Shown here piece after piece: positions 44,801 through 59,262 of a DNA stretch of 64,000 nucleotides. Origin of the DNA: the human T2T-CHM13v2.0 reference genome, Homo sapiens; assembly GCF_009914755.1 (NCBI RefSeq), contig NC_060925.1, one strand, 5' to 3'. The notes beneath the pieces are model-generated. The model ran no database searches and had not been told where the DNA came from. It saw only the letters and a list, made by a program, of their open reading frames with translations. Each line of letters opens with the position of its first letter. The first letter of the stretch is position 1. The translations under genes were made by a program, and so were the position numbers.

Positions 44801-46716
44801 CTTCCTCAGGAACACTGATTATTCTTAGGTTTGGTTGTTTAACATAATCCCAGACTTCTTGGAGGCTTTGTTCATATTTTCTTACTCTTTTTTCTTTGTC
44901 TTTGTTGGACTGGCTTAATTCGAAGACCTTGTCTTCAAGGTCTGAATTTCTTTCTTCTACTTGTTCAATTCTATTGCTGAGACTTTCCAGAGCATTTCAC
45001 ATTTCTAAAAGTGCATCCAAGGTTTTCTGAATTTTTGATTGTTTTTTCTTTAAGCTATCTAATTCCTTGAATATTTCTCCCTTCACTTCTTGTATCATTT
45101 TTTGTATTTCCTTGCACGGGGCTTTGCCTTTCTCTGGTCCCTCCTTGATTAGCTTAATAACTAACCTCCTGAATTCGTTGTCAGGTAAATCAGGGATTTC
45201 TTCTTGGTTTGGAGCCATTGGTGGTGAACTAATGTGATTTTTGTGGAGTGGTGAAGAGCCTTGTTTTGTCATATTACCAGGTTTGGTTTTCTGGTTCCGT
45301 CTCATTTGGGTAGGCTCTGTCAGAGGGAGGGTCTAGGGCTGAAGGCTGTTGTTCAGATTCTTTTGTCCCACGAGGTGTTCCCTTGATGTAGTACTTTCCC
45401 CCTTTTCTTATGGATGTGGCTTCCTGTCAGCTGAATCACAGTGATTGTTGTCTGTCTGCTGGATCTAGCCACCTGGTGAGTCTACCCAGATCCAGGCTGG
45501 TACTGGGGGTTGTCTGCACAGAGTCCTATGATGTGAACCTTCTATGAGTCTCTCAGCTGTGGATACAAGTGTCTGTCCTGGTGCAGGTGGTGCGAGTGTG
45601 CAATGGACTCCATAAGGGTTCTTTGCTTTGGTGGCTGAATGCTCTACTTTTGTGCTAGTTGGCTGCCTGCCAGGAAATGGCACTTTCCAGAGAGCATCAG
45701 CTCTGGTAGTATTGGGAGGAACTGGCGGTGGGCAGGGCCCTAGAGCTCCCAAGATTATATGTCCTTTGTCTTCTGCTACCAGGGTGGATAGGGGAGGACC
45801 ATCAGGTAGGGGAGGGCTAGGCACGTTTGAGCTCAGACTGTCCTTGGGTGGGTCCTGCTGCAGCTGCTCTCGGGGGTGGGGGTGAGATACCTAGGTTACT
45901 GGAGTTGTGTACCTAGGAGGATTATGGCTGCCTCTGCTGAGTCATGCAGGTTGTCAGGGAAGTGGGGGAAAGCCAGTAGTCACAGGCCTCACCCAGCTCC
46001 CATGCAAACAGAAGGGCCAGTCGTACTCCCACTGTGCCCCCCAACAACAGCCCTGAGTCTGTTTCCAGGCGGAGGGTGTGATGGGTTTGAACACTTACCC
46101 CAGGGTACCTGCCTTCCAGCTGCAAAATAAAAGGGCTTGGTTCCTCCCCTGCCTATGGAGTCTGGACACTAGATTTGCACCCTCCCCTGAGTTCTGGCCA
46201 GGAGGCCTCTCACCCCATTCAAATTGTTGCAAAGGCCAGCTAGAGATTTCCTTCTGCCTGTGGAGTTTTACCCCGTGCTCCTCTCCCATTGGATCCCTGT
46301 GGTGCCAGGCAGGTATGGGGTGCTTGGGGACCCAGCGAGCTCCCAGGGCCTTTCTGCTGCTTCCTTTACCCCCTGTATGTTGCTCAGCTCTCCAAATTGA
46401 CTCAGCTCCAGGTAAAGTTGTAAACTTTTCACGCAAACAGACCTTCGGCTTCTCCAGTGGGGGTGTATATTTGGGAGAGGAGGGCCGCCCTTTCCTACTT
46501 CCATGGTTGGGGCACTCACAGTTTTAGGGGGGTCTCCCGGGTCCTGCAGGAGCAGTCCGCTTCCTTCAGAGGCTCTGTGGATCCTCTCGGGATTGCTGGT
46601 TTGTTCTTGCAGCTGATCTGGGTCTAAAATTAACAATGCGAGCCCCCACATACTGCTCTGTCTAGAGCTGCAATCTAGTCCTGCCTCCCATCCACCATGA
46701 TGATCCTCTACTAGTT

Positions 46717-47088
46717 TGTATTAGTCCTTTCTTATGCTGCTAATAAAGACCTGAGACTGGATAATTTATAAAGGAAAGATGTTTAATTGACTCACAGTTC
46801 CACAGGGCTGGGGAGGCCTCAGGAAACTTAGAATCATAGCAGAAGGGGACGCAAACACGTCCTTCTTCACATGATGGCAGCAAGGAGAAGTGCTGTGCAA
46901 AGAGGGAAAAGGACCTTAACAAATCATCAGATCTCATGAGAACTCACTCAGTATCACAAGAACAGCAGCATGGGGGTAACCATCACCATGATTCAATTAC
47001 CTCCCACTGGGTCCCTCCCATGACGTGGGAATTATGGGAACTACAATTTAAGATGAGATTTGGGTGGGGACACAGCCAAACCATATCA
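46717..47088 (-). mobile_element. THE1 (THE1C-like) solo LTR
   Basis: tgtattagtcc...tgggtggggacacagccaaaccatatca; TSD TAGTT/TACTT. Confidence 0.92.
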
Positions 47089-47309
47089 TACTTTATATAA
47101 AGGATACATTTTTGTAAGCATGCTTATACATAATTAAAAAATTCAGATACTTTACAGAAAAATCATTAAAATCGATAAATAATTATTGATAAATTTGGTA
47201 CAGAAGGAAATGCTAAGATTTTTTGTCAGCATAACTTTCTGATACTTTGGCATAAAACTATTTTAGTTGCACATGTTTTTTCCAGTAGGTAATACAGAAC
47301 TTAAAATTA

Positions 47310-49900
47310 TATTTCAATGCAAATGGTGGTCACTTTGGAAAACAGTTTGTCAGTTCCTTATAAAATTCAGCATGAGTTTACAATACAACATAGTGGCCTA
47401 CTCATGGTTATTTACCCAAGAGTTATTTGTCCCTGTTTCTACCCAGAGTCTTGTACTCGTATGTTTGGGGCAGTTTTACTCACAATAGCCTAAAACTGGA
47501 AATGAAATGACCAAAAGTGTCATCAACTGATAAAGGGATACTATGTGGTAACAAAAAGAATGAACTATTAATCTGTGCAACAACATGGATGCAACGCAAA
47601 ATCTTTAAGGAAAGTGACAGATGCAGGGCACTAAAGACTGTATACCAAATGATTCCATGTATATGAAATGATAGAAAGGGAAAGCTAGAGTGACTAAAAG
47701 CAGATGAGTGGTTGGCAAGGGCTGGAGGAAGTAGGTGGGAATTTACTGCAGAGACTTGCAAATGTTTTTATTCCATAAAATAGATGGAAGTGTCCTATTT
47801 TGTGATTGTGGTGATGATTAGATGATTGTAGAAAAGTGTTAAAACTCATCAAGTTGTATACTTATAAGTGGTAAATTTCATTGCATGTAAATTATGCCTC
47901 AATAAAGCTGATTTTAAAGTCCCCAAAAGCACAAACTACAAAGCAAAATAAAGATGTATTTGGCTAAATTAAAATTAAAGACTTCTGAATATCAGCAAAT
48001 ACCATAGTATGTAAAGCAAACAAATAAAACAGAGCAACATAAAAACAGCACTACCACCAACAACGAAAATACAAACCTCAGATTGGGAGAAGATATTTTC
48101 AACATGTAAATATAAGTGGATAAAATTTTACTATCAAAAATTATAAAGATTTCCTAGCAATCAATAAGAAAGAAAGAATATCCAAGTAGGAAAATGTTCA
48201 ATATGTTTGAAGAAATATTTCACGGAAAAGAGAACTCAGATGGCTTCCAAATATTTTAAAAGATGTTGAAGATTATTAGTTATAAGGAATGCACAAATTA
48301 AAGCTGCATTCAAATTCTTGTGCATGAAATTGGCAAAAGCTTTTGAGTTTGACAATGGAAAATGGTGACAAAGATATGAACCAATAAAAATTCTCATGCA
48401 TTTCTGTTAGAAGCGTAAATTGATACTGCCTCTTTAAAAAGCAAGGTGATTATACCTACTAATGTTTAAGAAGGTCATAATTGGGACCCAGCAAATTCAA
48501 TCCAAGAAATATACCTGGCCTAGGCCAACTCTTGCACTTGGGCTCATGAAAACATGCACATACGTATTCATGTCAATGTTATTTTTTGTAATGGCAAAAA
48601 CAAGCAGAAGATCACTATACATCTATCAGAAGAGTGAAAATCCAAAACTCAGACAACAACCAATGCTGGTGGGGATGTGGAGCAACAGGAACTCTCATTC
48701 ATTCTTGATGGGAATGCAAATGGAACAGCCACTTTGGAGAACAGTTTGGCAGTTATTTTCATAGCTAAACGTACTTTTACTGTACAATCCAGCAATCACA
48801 GTCCTTGGTATTTACCCAAATGAGTAAAAGCTTATGTCCCCACAAACACCTGCACATAGATGTTTATAGAACCTTGTTTATAAAAATTGCCAAAATGTGA
48901 AAGCAACCAAGATGTCCATCAGTAGGTGAACAAATAAACTGGTGCATCCAGACAATGGGATATTATTCAGTGATAAAAAGAAATGAGCTATCAATCCGTG
49001 AAAAGACATGGAGGAACCTTAAATGCATGTCACTAAGTGAAAGAAGCCAATCTGAAAAAGGCTACATAATACGACATTCTGGAACAGTCAAATCTATGGA
49101 GACAGTAAAGAGATCAGAGGTTGCCAGGGATAAGGGGCAGGGAGGGATGAATAGGTGAGCACAGGGTATATTTAGTACAGTGAAACTATTTTGTAAGATA
49201 CTGCAGTGGTGGTTATGTCATTATAAATTTCTCAAAACCCATCAAATATCCAACACAAAGGGTTAACCCCAGTGTAAACTATAGTCTTTGGGGGATAGTG
49301 ATACCTGAATGTAGGTTTGACATCAATTGTAACAGCGGTGTCACTTTGATGAAAGATACTGATAGTGGGGGAAGCCGTGCATGTGTAGGGGGCAGAGGTA
49401 TATGGGAACTCTCTGTGCCTTCCTACTTTTGCTGTGAACATAAAATTGCTGTAAAAAAATAAATTCTATTTGAAGCACAAAACAGCCTACCAACCAACAA
49501 GAGTTCCCTAAATGTTCGGCAGTAGAGAAATTGATAAAGTATAGTGGATTCAAGCAATGTTATACTGTATATACAGTGAAACTGTAAACACACATATCAA
49601 CAAGAATCAATTACAGGAATGTAAAATTGTGCAAAAATGAAATTGCAATTGGATATAGGCAAATTGGAGATGAACAGTATAATACCATTTATATCATGTT
49701 ACAAATTAAAATTTGCAAAATAGGTACAAAATATTAGAATATATAAATGTGTGTACAGGAAAATCCTAAGAAAGTACACATTAATGATAAACATTAAATT
49801 CATTAGTGGCTCCTACTTCAGAACAGGCAGAATGAAATCAGGCCTGGGTACCTACTTAGCTTTGACTGTGTGTGTGTTAGAATATCGGTATTTATTTTAG
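47310..49900 (+). mobile_element. Nested old L1ME/L1MC 3' fragments
   Basis: L1 3' landmarks (cactttggaaaacagtttg; gatgtggagcaacaggaactctcattc; aattatgcctcaataaagctg). Confidence 0.8.
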
Positions 49901-50345
49901 GATGTTTATATATTTTGTATTGATGAAGTACTCTGTCAGAAAATAGCCATGGAAAATTATGCTGGATTTGCAGCCAGAAAATTTTAAACATAAGCAGCAA
50001 ACACTCAAGAAGTTAATCTGGGAAGTTTTTGATGCTGTGAATAATAATTTTTTGTCTTGTGTGATTTACATTTTCAAGGTTACACGTTAAAATTCTGCAG
50101 AAGAAATTGCTTTCCTAGATGTTGTTGTAACCCAAAGTTTGTGTTGGGGGAAGGTAGTTAAGCTGGTGAATAGGAATGTTGGAGAAGAGAAGAGCTGAGA
50201 ATGTTTGCACGAGATAACTGTACTGCAACTGTGGATATGACCGGGCTGCACTTTGCATTTATTGTCTGGCCAGTACTTACTAAAGTCTCTTAGTTATAAG
50301 CCTCCATTTGCATAAAACTTATGCTCAAAGTCAGGGTTCCAGAGT

Positions 50346-51619
<1,274 letters not shown>

Positions 51620-52304
51620 AGAGTTAATTCAGTCTCCCATATTCATGGAGAGATTGACTGTGCTTGGCATTCCTTTTCTAATTTTCCTAGACACAGCCAC
51701 TCAGTATTTTAAAAATGCATTTTTCCAGGTAGCTACTACCAATCAGTGGTACCTGAAATAAAATTGATTTGCTATCCTGATCTATTCAGGATAGGCTAAG
51801 TTATGCTTTGATAAGAAAAAAAAAAACCCAAATCTCAATGGCTTTCAATACAGTGGCTTTAATTCATGTACATCATTGTAGTTGTTTATTTGGTGTCTAT
51901 TGAGAAAATGGAAAATGACTAAAAATGCTAGTATGAATTCAGAAACACTATTACATATTTAAGTAAAATATTTTATTTGATTAATCAGATACATTTTAAA
52001 ATTATACTTGCAATTGCAAATATGTGTGTGTGTATGCACACACGCATATACATTTTCAAAATATATAAATTATTCAGTATATAGATAATGCTTCTGGAGT
52101 GTATGGTGGTTTCATTGATTGTTTCTTATAACCCCCAACCCCCTGGCCCACAGGTATTGGGGATTGCAGGAAGGGTTGCTTAACTAGATCACAAAGTCTT
52201 TGTAAGGGGAGTTATTGAAATAATATTAATGGGTACAGTTTTTTTAGGGGAGGGGAATAAGGGAGTGATATAAATAAAATGGTGTTTGAGAAATTGTACT
52301 TATA

Positions 52305-52628
52305 GGCCAGGCATGGTGGCTTACGCCTATAATCCCAGCAGTTTGGGAGACTGAGATGGAAGGATTGCTTGAGGCTAGGAGTTCAATACCAGCCTGGGTA
52401 ACATGGCAAAACCCCGTCTCTCCAAAACGTAGAGAAAAATTAGCCGGGCGTGGCAGTGTGTGCCTGTAGTCCTAGTGATTCAGGAGGCTTATATGAGAGG
52501 ATCACTTAAGCCTAGGAATTTGAGAATTTGAACCTGTAATGAGTTATGATGGCTCCACTGCACTTCAGCCTGGGTGAAAGAGAAAGACCCTGTCTCCAAA
52601 AAAAGTAAAATAAAAATAACAAAAGAAG
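52305..52628 (+). mobile_element. AluJ
   Basis: Diverged full Alu with A-rich tail. Confidence 0.9.
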
Positions 52629-53169
52629 AAACCGTACTTCAGTGTTTGGAAAAAAAAAATGAGTCAGGAAAGTCAGAAGGAGGAAGGATTACTTTTTGCA
52701 GTAATTTTGATCATAATGCAGTGAAAAATCTGATCTAGATTGGTACAAAAGGGAAGGGGCCCAGAAAATTTGGAGACAAAGCTGTGGTAGTCATTGATGA
52801 TATATTGCACATTGCTGGTAAAATACAGATTAAATTCCTTAAATCTGGAGTAACATAAAATATGTTACTCAAGACAACTTAAAAAGACATTGAAATGTTG
52901 GCTATCTGCATTTCTCTTAATCACCGAAAATACAACAATTCAGAATGTATAATTAACTCTATGTAGGATTTATAGGTAATATAAAGTTCTGGAGTATTTT
53001 AAACGTTGTAATAAGATCTTTTAATATTTTTACGGCTAGAATCTCTATGAACATTGTCTAAAATGAATAGATGTAATTGGGATCTTTTAATATATGTGAT
53101 AGCTTTCTATAAAAAGGAAAAAATATTGCCATAAAATTCATACAGGTTTAGTGTATATTTAAAATATAT

Positions 53170-54195
53170 TTGTTATATTCACACAGTAAACACGCTATTT
53201 AGAGTGTTGATGACGTGCTAAGCAATGTCCAAAGTCATGGGGACAGAGCAGAGATGGAGACAGAGTGCACCATCTCATGGATATTTCATTCTAGTAGATA
53301 AAGACAGGAAATAAACCATTTAGCTAATAATTAGTGATGCATGTCATGGAGATAATTAAAATAAGTAAGGTGATGGGTCTGTTGGATTGGATTGGTTTAT
53401 TGTAGAAGGCCTCTTTGCTGGATAGCCAGAAGGAACCAGTCATTGGATGCTTAGAGAGAGAAGCATTGAATCTATGTAGAAGAGATAGTGCAAAGACCCT
53501 AAGGTGAGAATGAGTGTGGACTGTTCAAAGACAGAAAGAGGCCAGTGTGATTGAAGTCCAGCAGGTGAAGGGGGTAAGTGGTATGAGATATGATGTGGAA
53601 GAGATAGTTGGGGGCTGATTTTCAGGGACTTTGAAAGCTAGAACAAGAAGTTTGGATTTTATTTTAAATTCAATGGAAAGCTGTTGGATGTGGTGTATTA
53701 TAGGAATTGAATGATGTTTCTAAATAATTTTACTCCATGAAGAGGGGATTGGAGAAGACAAGAGAATGAAGTAACTCAATAGGGATGGTAGTAAAGAAAT
53801 ACTTTGATTCAGAAGTTTCGTCAGATTGGATTTGAGAGGTAAGAGAGAAAGAGGAATTAAAGAGTTTTGGATTTGAGGACATTGTTGAGATGAGGAAGGC
53901 AGAAGTCATAGAGAAAGGCAGACTTATTAAGAGTCCTGTTTTGATTGTGTTTGTTAGGTTGGTGGTATCTGAGTGAAGATGTCAAGTAAGCAGCTTGATG
54001 TTAGCTTGGAGTCTAAGGAGACGTCAGGGCTGGTGACATAGATGTGAGAGTCATTGGGTTATATTATGGTATTTAAAACCACAGGTTGGTGTGAGAATCA
54101 CCTGCAGGAATATGTAGTCACAGAAGACAAAGGGGCTCAGGTCAAGCACTTCTGGCATTTAGAGGCAGATCAGAGGAGAATGACCTGCAAAGCAG
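53170..54195 (-). mobile_element. L2 fragment
   Basis: Purine-rich L2 text (gtgcaaagaccctaaggtgagaatgag; gtgaagatgtcaagtaagcagcttg). Confidence 0.7.
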
Positions 54196-55129
54196 ACACT
54201 TTTTTGAGTCTTCTAAAAAGATAAAAATCTTTCTTGGAATCCTTATTGTCTAAATAAACTGAAACAATGGGCTATTCATTTAATAGTGCATTAGTACATA
54301 TTCGTTTAATATGGGCACTAAAGTGTAAGTTCTATATACAGTTGTATTTTAGTGGTAACTCTATTTTGTTGCTGCAAAAATTGAAATGCAGATGATGAAC
54401 ACAAAAAATAAAATCACAATTTTGGAAATGACGTAACAAATGAATGTATCTGGAAAAAATCAGGGATGTAAAAGGAACAAAACAGTTGCCAAAAAAGCAA
54501 ACGATAAAAGTACATATATAATTATTGTCATATTTCTTATGGGGAAGCAGAAGGAAAAAATAAAACTAATAGAAAACTCCATCACAGAATGCGAGGGCAA
54601 AGATTGATTTATGAAGAAAAGGAGGGAAAGAACAAGACCAAGCCTTGAGCTGATCCATGAATTTATATATTTATAAGGAAAGGTGATCTTTATGCTCCAC
54701 TATAACAAACTGCAGGAACAGATAAGCTGTCCACTCTTCAGTGTGTTTAACACGAGTAATAACTTCTATGAAAGTTAAAATCATCGTCTGCCATTTTTGT
54801 AATACCCTACCCACAGGAAAGAAAAGTAAAGGTGGGTATTAGACTTAAAGACTTCAGTACACCTTTAGAACTCAGGAACAATAGCTATTTCAAACAGTTT
54901 AAAAACATTTTTTGTGAATCCACATCAATTGGGAGTATAATGTGATGGTTTGATGCAGAATAAGCTTGAACAATATTTAGGCACTGAAGTCTTCTCAGTT
55001 TCTAAAAAGTACTCTGCAACTCACATTGAGAGTTTCACTGTAAAAGAGTATTCCTAATATATTGGGAGCGTTCACATATAAGTTCAGTGATTGACTTCTT
55101 TGAAAAGGCCATGGTTTGTGTTGACATAA

Positions 55130-55435
55130 TTTTTTTTTGAGACATGGGGTCTTGCTCTTTTCCCCAGGCAAGAATGCAGTAGTGCAATTATAGCTCACTG
55201 CAGCCTCAACTTCCCAAGCACAGGTGATTCTCCCACCTGAGCCTCCCAAGTAGCTGGGACTACAAGCACGTGCTACCATATCTGGCTAATTTTTTGTATT
55301 TTTTTTTTTTTTTTTTTGTAGAGGTGTGGTTTTGCCATGTTGCCTAGGCTGGTCCTGAACACCTGAGCTCAAGCAATCAGGCCACCTCCCCTCCCAAAGT
55401 GCTGGGATTACAGGTGTGAGCTACAGTGCCCAGCC
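55130..55435 (-). mobile_element. AluJ
   Basis: Antisense AluJ; flanks CATAAT. Confidence 0.92.
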
Positions 55436-56084
55436 ATAATGTTTAAAAATATTACAATGATGCTACTGAGGAATGGGAATCATTTGTTCCTTCAGAAACA
55501 AGTTACATCATTCTCTTAACCAACCACGTTATTCTTTGTCATCGTCACTCATTCATCACTCAACCATGGGTGCACATTCTCATTCATCAGCTCTCCCATC
55601 ACCTGGATGCAGGCATTGTGCTTGGTGCTGGCATAGGAAGATTAAGATGCAGTTCCTGAACTCAGGAGGGCGGAGTTTCATGCATGGACTCTAGTAATCC
55701 AAGGATAGCCTGCAAGACTCCATTCTTTGATGTTATATCCAAAATTATTTATCAGCATATAGATTTTTAAAATCAGATTATCAATGAGATGTGTGTCCAG
55801 GAAGATGAAAAGACAAAGAATCATTGGTGTAGGCTTTACAGATGGAATGTGTGGCTGAAATACACAGTTTTTATTGTTTTCAAATTATTCTAAATTCTTT
55901 AATCCTCTTTACTTAGGGTGTCAAAATCCTTAACCTTGGCTTTATTAGCTTCATTTGGATTTCTGTGAGCTTCCATCAGCACCAAGAGACCAGTACCACT
56001 GTAGCAACATAACAGAGTTATGTTACTTTTTTATATCAAATAATTTTTAATTTTTTCTATATGACAGAAAAATATATTTTTTTA

Positions 56085-56382
<298 letters not shown>

Positions 56383-59121
56383 CATTTATTATTATTTTGC
56401 TTTTGTATCATATGCATGCCTCTGTTAAATTATTCAACACATATCTAAATGTGCTCAATGTTATTTTTCCTGATCAAATTATGAACAGTGCAATTCCTAG
56501 AGTCTTTTTTTTTTTTTTTTTCATTTCATTTCATAGTTCTACATAGGTTTTGGCCTAAATGAGAAACTGAGAGTAAATCTCCGCTTAAATCCTTAAAATG
56601 CTATTGCCTTTTCTTTTCCCTCTTCTTTATTCTCATGGTAGAATTAAGAGTTATCATTGACCAGAGTGTTTTCACTCTACTGTGGCTCCCAGACAGTGAC
56701 TTTCTGCTAGAGAGAAAGAGCTGGAGATGAAACTGACCCTATTTGAATACGGAAGAATAAAATTATAAGGTTGAGTTATTCAGTGGGTTAATAAGAGAAG
56801 GAATTATACAAAATAAAATTATAAGGTGGGGCCTTTGAACAGGAAACAACTATCAAAGCTCTGCAATAGAGAAAATTCTCAATACTGTAAAGATAATTTT
56901 GATGTGCTGGACTTCTGGGCCAGAAGAGGTTTCCTGAGACACCCAAGATGCTTTTCCCACATCCATTAGTTCAAAGTTACAAAATAGTAGGGGCTGGATC
57001 TAAGTATATTATCCCTGAGTGGTGGGTTATACTGCCGGCTAATAAAAAGTTTTATACTTTGACATGTGCTGCTAAGTTTTATTGTGGGTTGTAAATGTTT
57101 AATATCCTCCTAGGGGCTTTTAGGAGAATATGTTTTCACAGCACATGTGGTGCTGTTATACTCCGAACCAAACTAATGGGCTTTAATTATGCCAAGGTCT
57201 GTGGATCCCGGAGATGCTGACAAATTCATAATGTGTTTTAAATTGCTAGGATGGAAAGTACAAATCAAAAGTTTAATCTGGAGTAGTGTTTAGAAAATAA
57301 TTTCCTTTGCTAAGATGCCACCTGTCATTCTCCTTTCTCAAGTTGAAGAATGTGGTTGAGTCATTCATTCATGAATCTCATGTGACATTCCTATCCTTAC
57401 CATGGAGCAGATGAAATGCTGAAGTTGACTTTAGGAAACCCAGATTTGAGGCCCGAGTTTTCACTCACTTTTTGTTTGAATTGGTACAAGTCACCTGATA
57501 TGAAAGACTTCATTTTCCATGGGTCTAATATAGGGGAGTGCTGTAACATGGGAAGACTGACTTAGTATTATTGAGAGAATCAAATAAGATGATACACGGA
57601 CCACCAGGAAACATCTGAGAGGGCTCTTCCTTATTGTTTTGGTTGAGGGATGTTTAAATCGTAACTAGCAGGCCTGCTAGAAGTTCTCTGCTTAGTTGGG
57701 AATCTAGTTGATTCTGTTAATATTTTTCCCTTTTGATCAACATTGCAATCTTCTAAGCTACTGCATTCCCTTATTCTATTAACATGGCTATCTTGGGACT
57801 ATACCGTACTTCCTTTTGCAACCCAGTTGACATGCAGGTATATGTAAATTTGGTATTTGCCTGCTTTCTTAGTTCTGAAAATGGGAGAGGACCAAACACT
57901 ACTCTCGTCATTCAAATACTGAGTAAAGCTCTGCTCCAGTGATAAACTTTTCAGTGATCCTGTATACTTGCTGACTTTCATGAGTTGCTGATGATCTGCA
58001 AGACAAAATTAGATCTTCAGTGCTGAGTTAGGCAAAGCGCTTCGCTCCTCATCTTCCTGATGACACCCCTACAGTTTGCCATCAGATGCAGATAGTGATG
58101 ATGATAGTAGGGCATTAACTGGTGCTTCAAAGCATACCGGTGACCTTTCCACATTTTTTATAAAATAAATACGTCCGAGTTTGCTAGGGGATTCCAATCT
58201 TCACTCCCATAATGCTGAGGACAGCATAATATCAATGAAGTCTGTTCAGCTTTCTGCCAGTCAGACCAATGTGGAACCAAATATGTATTACTGTCTTACA
58301 ATAATCGAAGTGAATTTCATGGAAAAGCAGAGTTCCTGGTACATTGTAAGGACTCACTAGATGTTTGTGAAATCGAATTGATAAGACCTTTCATTCTCCA
58401 AGCAGAAGGAAGTTGTTGTATTATAAGTAGTTATAGAAATTATGAACACATGGCTTTAAGTATATGCTGACTTTGCAGTGCCCAGTCAAGTGCCAGGTAA
58501 TCTTTAAATACTGATAAATTGAATCCAATAATTAATTAACAGACTTTAAAAACCACAATCTCATAATGAAAATTCTACTTAGAGACTGAAAAAAAACTCT
58601 ATGCTAATCTCTCTTTATGCTCATCCAAGATCATCCCTGATTGAATACATACCATTCAAATCTGTAAAACTCAAGATTGCAAGTATTAGTATTAGAATAT
58701 GTAGTTTATTGTGTTTTGTGAGGGTTATAAATATTGTTTGTCTTTTTTTAAGAAAGATAAAAAAGTTGTGATTAGCATACTGTAGGAACTTCATTTACTA
58801 TGGATTCATAAAGAGTATTACCAGTCACTGTAGGAAAGTGTTTGTCCTTACAATTGCAAACCTTCCAAGCACTGTAGTTGATAAGAGTTCAAACAGTCAC
58901 GTAACCCCTTTTCTAAATACAGAGCTTCCTGCTACAAGTTTAAATTTTCTTCTTTAAGATATTTCTCCTAAATAAGGTATTATTAAGCAGAACCAGTTTC
59001 TTAGTAATGAAGTTAATAAAACAGGCCAGTCTGATGATGACTTTTGTGTCTTTCTAAGAACAAAAGACAAAAGCAATCTAATAATGACTTTAGATCTGTA
59101 GTCTATCCAGAGTTAAAGTGC

Positions 59122-59262
59122 TTGCCTTTTCTTTTCCCTCCTCTTTATTCGCATGGTAGAATTAAGAGTTATCATTGACCAGAGTGTTTTCACTCTACTG
59201 TGGCTCCCAGACGGTGACTTTCTGCTAGAGAGAAAAAGCTAGAGATGAAACTGACCCTATTT
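59122..59262 (+). repeat. Dispersed direct duplicate of 56604-56744, flanked by 21-bp direct repeats
   Basis: 141 bp, 5 mismatches; GTCTATCCAGAGTTAAAGTGC at 59101-59121 and 59263-59283. Confidence 0.96.

Larger units (their letters stand above)
40968..46706 (-). mobile_element. L1PB (L1PBa-type 5' end, L1PB1-type 3' end), near full-length, inactive, with an internal ORF2 deletion
   Basis: Minus-strand ORF fragments: ORF1 (MRRNQKT..., KGKPIRLTADFS), endonuclease ([25 protein letters not shown]), RT ([21 protein letters not shown]); 5' end gatcatcatggtggatgggaggcaggactagattgcagc. Confidence 0.93.

Noticed and set aside
41945-45305. Functional reverse transcriptase/endonuclease genes
   Set aside because: Fragments of one L1PB broken by stops, frameshifts and a large deletion.
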